59,837 bases of DNA from a virus (Duplodnaviria; Caudoviricetes). Where the stretch lies: positions 1-59,837 of IMG/VR virus record IMGVR_UViG_3300035071_000150. One strand, written 5' to 3'. Numbering within the stretch: position 1 is the stretch's first letter; each line of letters begins with the position of its first letter. This document shows positions 58,168-59,837 of this stretch, in pieces. Both the position numbers and the translations under genes were made by a program. The notes below the pieces were generated by a model, which ran no database searches, was not told the DNA's origin, and saw only the letters and a list, made by a program, of their open reading frames with translations.

Positions 58168-58580
58168 GCAAGCGGAGAGAATTTTCGAAGTCGGACAAAG
58201 CCGAGATCATGGCGCGCTGCCGCGTCCCGACCGGATGGGCCTGCGAGGAATGCGGCTTGATCGTCCAGAGTGGGGAAGTGGATCATACAATCGCGGAAGC
58301 TCTGGTCATCGACAAGACGAAGAAACTGACGGCGAAGGACGGAAAATTCCTATGCCGCCCCTGCCATCAAGGCCCGGAAGGCAAGACGCCAAAGGACAAG
58401 GGAATTATCGCCAAGGCGAAGCGGGTTGAATCGAAGTATCTCGGAACCGAGCGCGAGAAGCCGAAGATAAAATCCGCGCCGCTCCAGTCCGGCAAGCGCG
58501 AGCCGGCGATAGTGAAGCGCCCGGCTAATGAAACCGGTCTGACGCGATTGCAGCGATGGGCTCTAGGAGAAGCGCAATGA
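58164..58580 (+). CDS. HNH endonuclease
   Basis: CEECG...EVDH...LCRPCH..KT. Confidence 0.8.
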   Translation: MSKRREFSKSDKAEIMARCRVPTGWACEECGLIVQSGEVDHTIAEALVIDKTKKLTAKDGKFLCRPCHQGPEGKTPKDKGIIAKAKRVESKYLGTEREKPKIKSAPLQSGKREPAIVKRPANETGLTRLQRWALGEAQ

Positions 58581-58620
58581 CCACCCGCCACCCCCGCGCG
58601 CATCAGGGAGATCGCGAGAG

Positions 58621-58815
58621 ATGAGCCGCCGAGCCGCGAGATGCACCCAAGCCGACATCGCCCGCGCCCTTCGAGCGGCGAAGCAGGAAAATTCGCCCGT
58701 CGCCGTCGAGATCACGCCGGATGGGACGATCAGGCTTGTCCCGGTCCAGCCCGCGCCGGCGCATCACAAGGCCAAGGGCACGCCTATTGAGCCAGAACGG
58801 ATAATCAGGCTGTAA
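58621..58815 (+). CDS. Putative excisionase / directionality factor
   Basis: TQADIARALRAA...VEI.PDGTI; TAATG-coupled to int. Confidence 0.6.
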   Translation: MSRRAARCTQADIARALRAAKQENSPVAVEITPDGTIRLVPVQPAPAHHKAKGTPIEPERIIRL

Positions 58816-59837
58816 TGAACGCCATGCCTCGCCGTCGCCCCCCGAACCTCCATAAAGAGACCACGCGCCACGGCCTGACGGTCTGGTATGTCCGCAAGGG
58901 CAGGGGGCCGCGCATCCGCATACGGGCGGCGTTCGGGACGAAGGAATTTTCCCAGCAATACGAGGCCGCGATGCGCGGGGAGATCGCCCCAAGGCGCGCG
59001 GCAGACAGAGCCGGCGCCCTCGCGTGGCTGATAGCGCGTTATCGCGAGTCCCGCGCTTGGACGAAGTTGGCGCCGGCGACGCGCGACCAGCGCGAGAATA
59101 TCTTGGTTCACGTCGAAAGGGGCGCCGGGCATGAGTCGTTCGCCGCGATTGGGCGGAAGTCCATCACGAAGGGCATGGACGACCGACAAGCGACGCCGCA
59201 CCAAGCCAACAATTTCCTGAAAACGATGCGCGGCCTTTTTAGATGGGCCGTCAAGGAAGAATATCTGGTGGCGGATCCAACGGAAGGCGTCCCGCTTCTT
59301 ACTGTCAAATCGGACGGTTTTCATACTTGGTCTGACGCGGAAATCGACAAATTCGAGGCGCGTTGGGAGATCGGGACGCGGGAACGGCTAGCGATGACCA
59401 TTCTGCTTTACACCGGCTTGAGGCGTGGCGATGCGTCACAGCTAGGCCCGCAGCATGTCCGCGATGGCGTGATCCATCTGAAAACCGAGAAAACCGGATC
59501 CGAGGTCTCAATACCGATCTTGCCGGAATTGCAAACGATCATCGACGCGACGCCGCATAGCCCTCGCGCCTTTATCGCAACCCCTAGGGGAGGGCCGATG
59601 GTCAAGGAGGCGTTTGGGGGGTGGTTCAAGCTGGCCTGCATCGCCGCTGGCGTTCCGGGCACGGCTCACGGCCTCCGCAAGGCCGGCGCCACGCGCGCGG
59701 CGGAGAACGGCGCGACCGTGGCCGAGCTGGAGGCCATTTTCGGTTGGCACGGCGGCGGCATGGCGGCGCTCTACACCCGCAAGGCGAATCGGAAGAAATT
59801 GGCCGGCGGCGCGATCGGGAAGCTGTCGAAAAAGTGA
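58815..59837 (+). CDS. int: Tyrosine integrase
   Basis: YTGLRRGD (R), KT (K), HGLRK (HxxR), GW, YT (Tyr). Confidence 0.95.
   Translation: MNAMPRRRPPNLHKETTRHGLTVWYVRKGRGPRIRIRAAFGTKEFSQQYEAAMRGEIAPRRAADRAGALAWLIARYRESRAWTKLAPATRDQRENILVHVERGAGHESFAAIGRKSITKGMDDRQATPHQANNFLKTMRGLFRWAVKEEYLVADPTEGVPLLTVKSDGFHTWSDAEIDKFEARWEIGTRERLAMTILLYTGLRRGDASQLGPQHVRDGVIHLKTEKTGSEVSIPILPELQTIIDATPHSPRAFIATPRGGPMVKEAFGGWFKLACIAAGVPGTAHGLRKAGATRAAENGATVAELEAIFGWHGGGMAALYTRKANRKKLAGGAIGKLSKK

Larger units (their letters stand above)
462..59837. mobile_element. Temperate prophage, P22-like podovirus virion module, probable alphaproteobacterial host
   Basis: Ordered terminase-portal-scaffold-coat-gp4-gp10-ejection genes, lysis genes, cI/cro switch, DnaB, SSAP, xis and tyrosine integrase. 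Left boundary inferred from a tRNA-like fragment; right att lies outside the window. Confidence 0.93.

Noticed and set aside
1-59837. CRISPR array, diversity-generating retroelement or retron
   Set aside because: I saw no regularly spaced repeats, no reverse transcriptase motifs and no template/variable repeat pair.
1-59837. Genome-wide TGA recoding, suggested by the stop at 1869
   Set aside because: Many genes end in TGA with ATGA/TGATG coupling, and the long genes are intact under the standard code.

Overview
The window is essentially one near-complete temperate podovirus prophage with a P22-like virion module, about 59 kb long. Phage-encoded GcrA and GapR homologs point to an alphaproteobacterial host. 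Order from left to right: a probable tRNA-derived att remnant (~462-483); a + strand accessory operon with a J-domain protein; a - strand lysis and accessory region (GH73 endolysin, permuted papain-like amidase, small membrane proteins, DUF2829/Tad2-like and Gp49/66-family genes); fibre/spike genes; ejection proteins; gp10, gp4, coat, scaffold, portal and terminase; late control; replication (O-like initiator and DnaB with a class-3-type intein); cro/cI; a recombination operon; xis and int. The least explained features are three consecutive fibre/spike-like genes that all begin with Sec-type signal peptides, a lysis region with no recognisable spanin pair, a candidate nucleotide-signal sponge cluster bracketed by a covarying hairpin motif, a highly structured late-leader RNA, and several translation oddities (ATC start, in-frame TGA, possible -1 frameshift). 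All family calls come from recognising motifs by eye; no searches were run.
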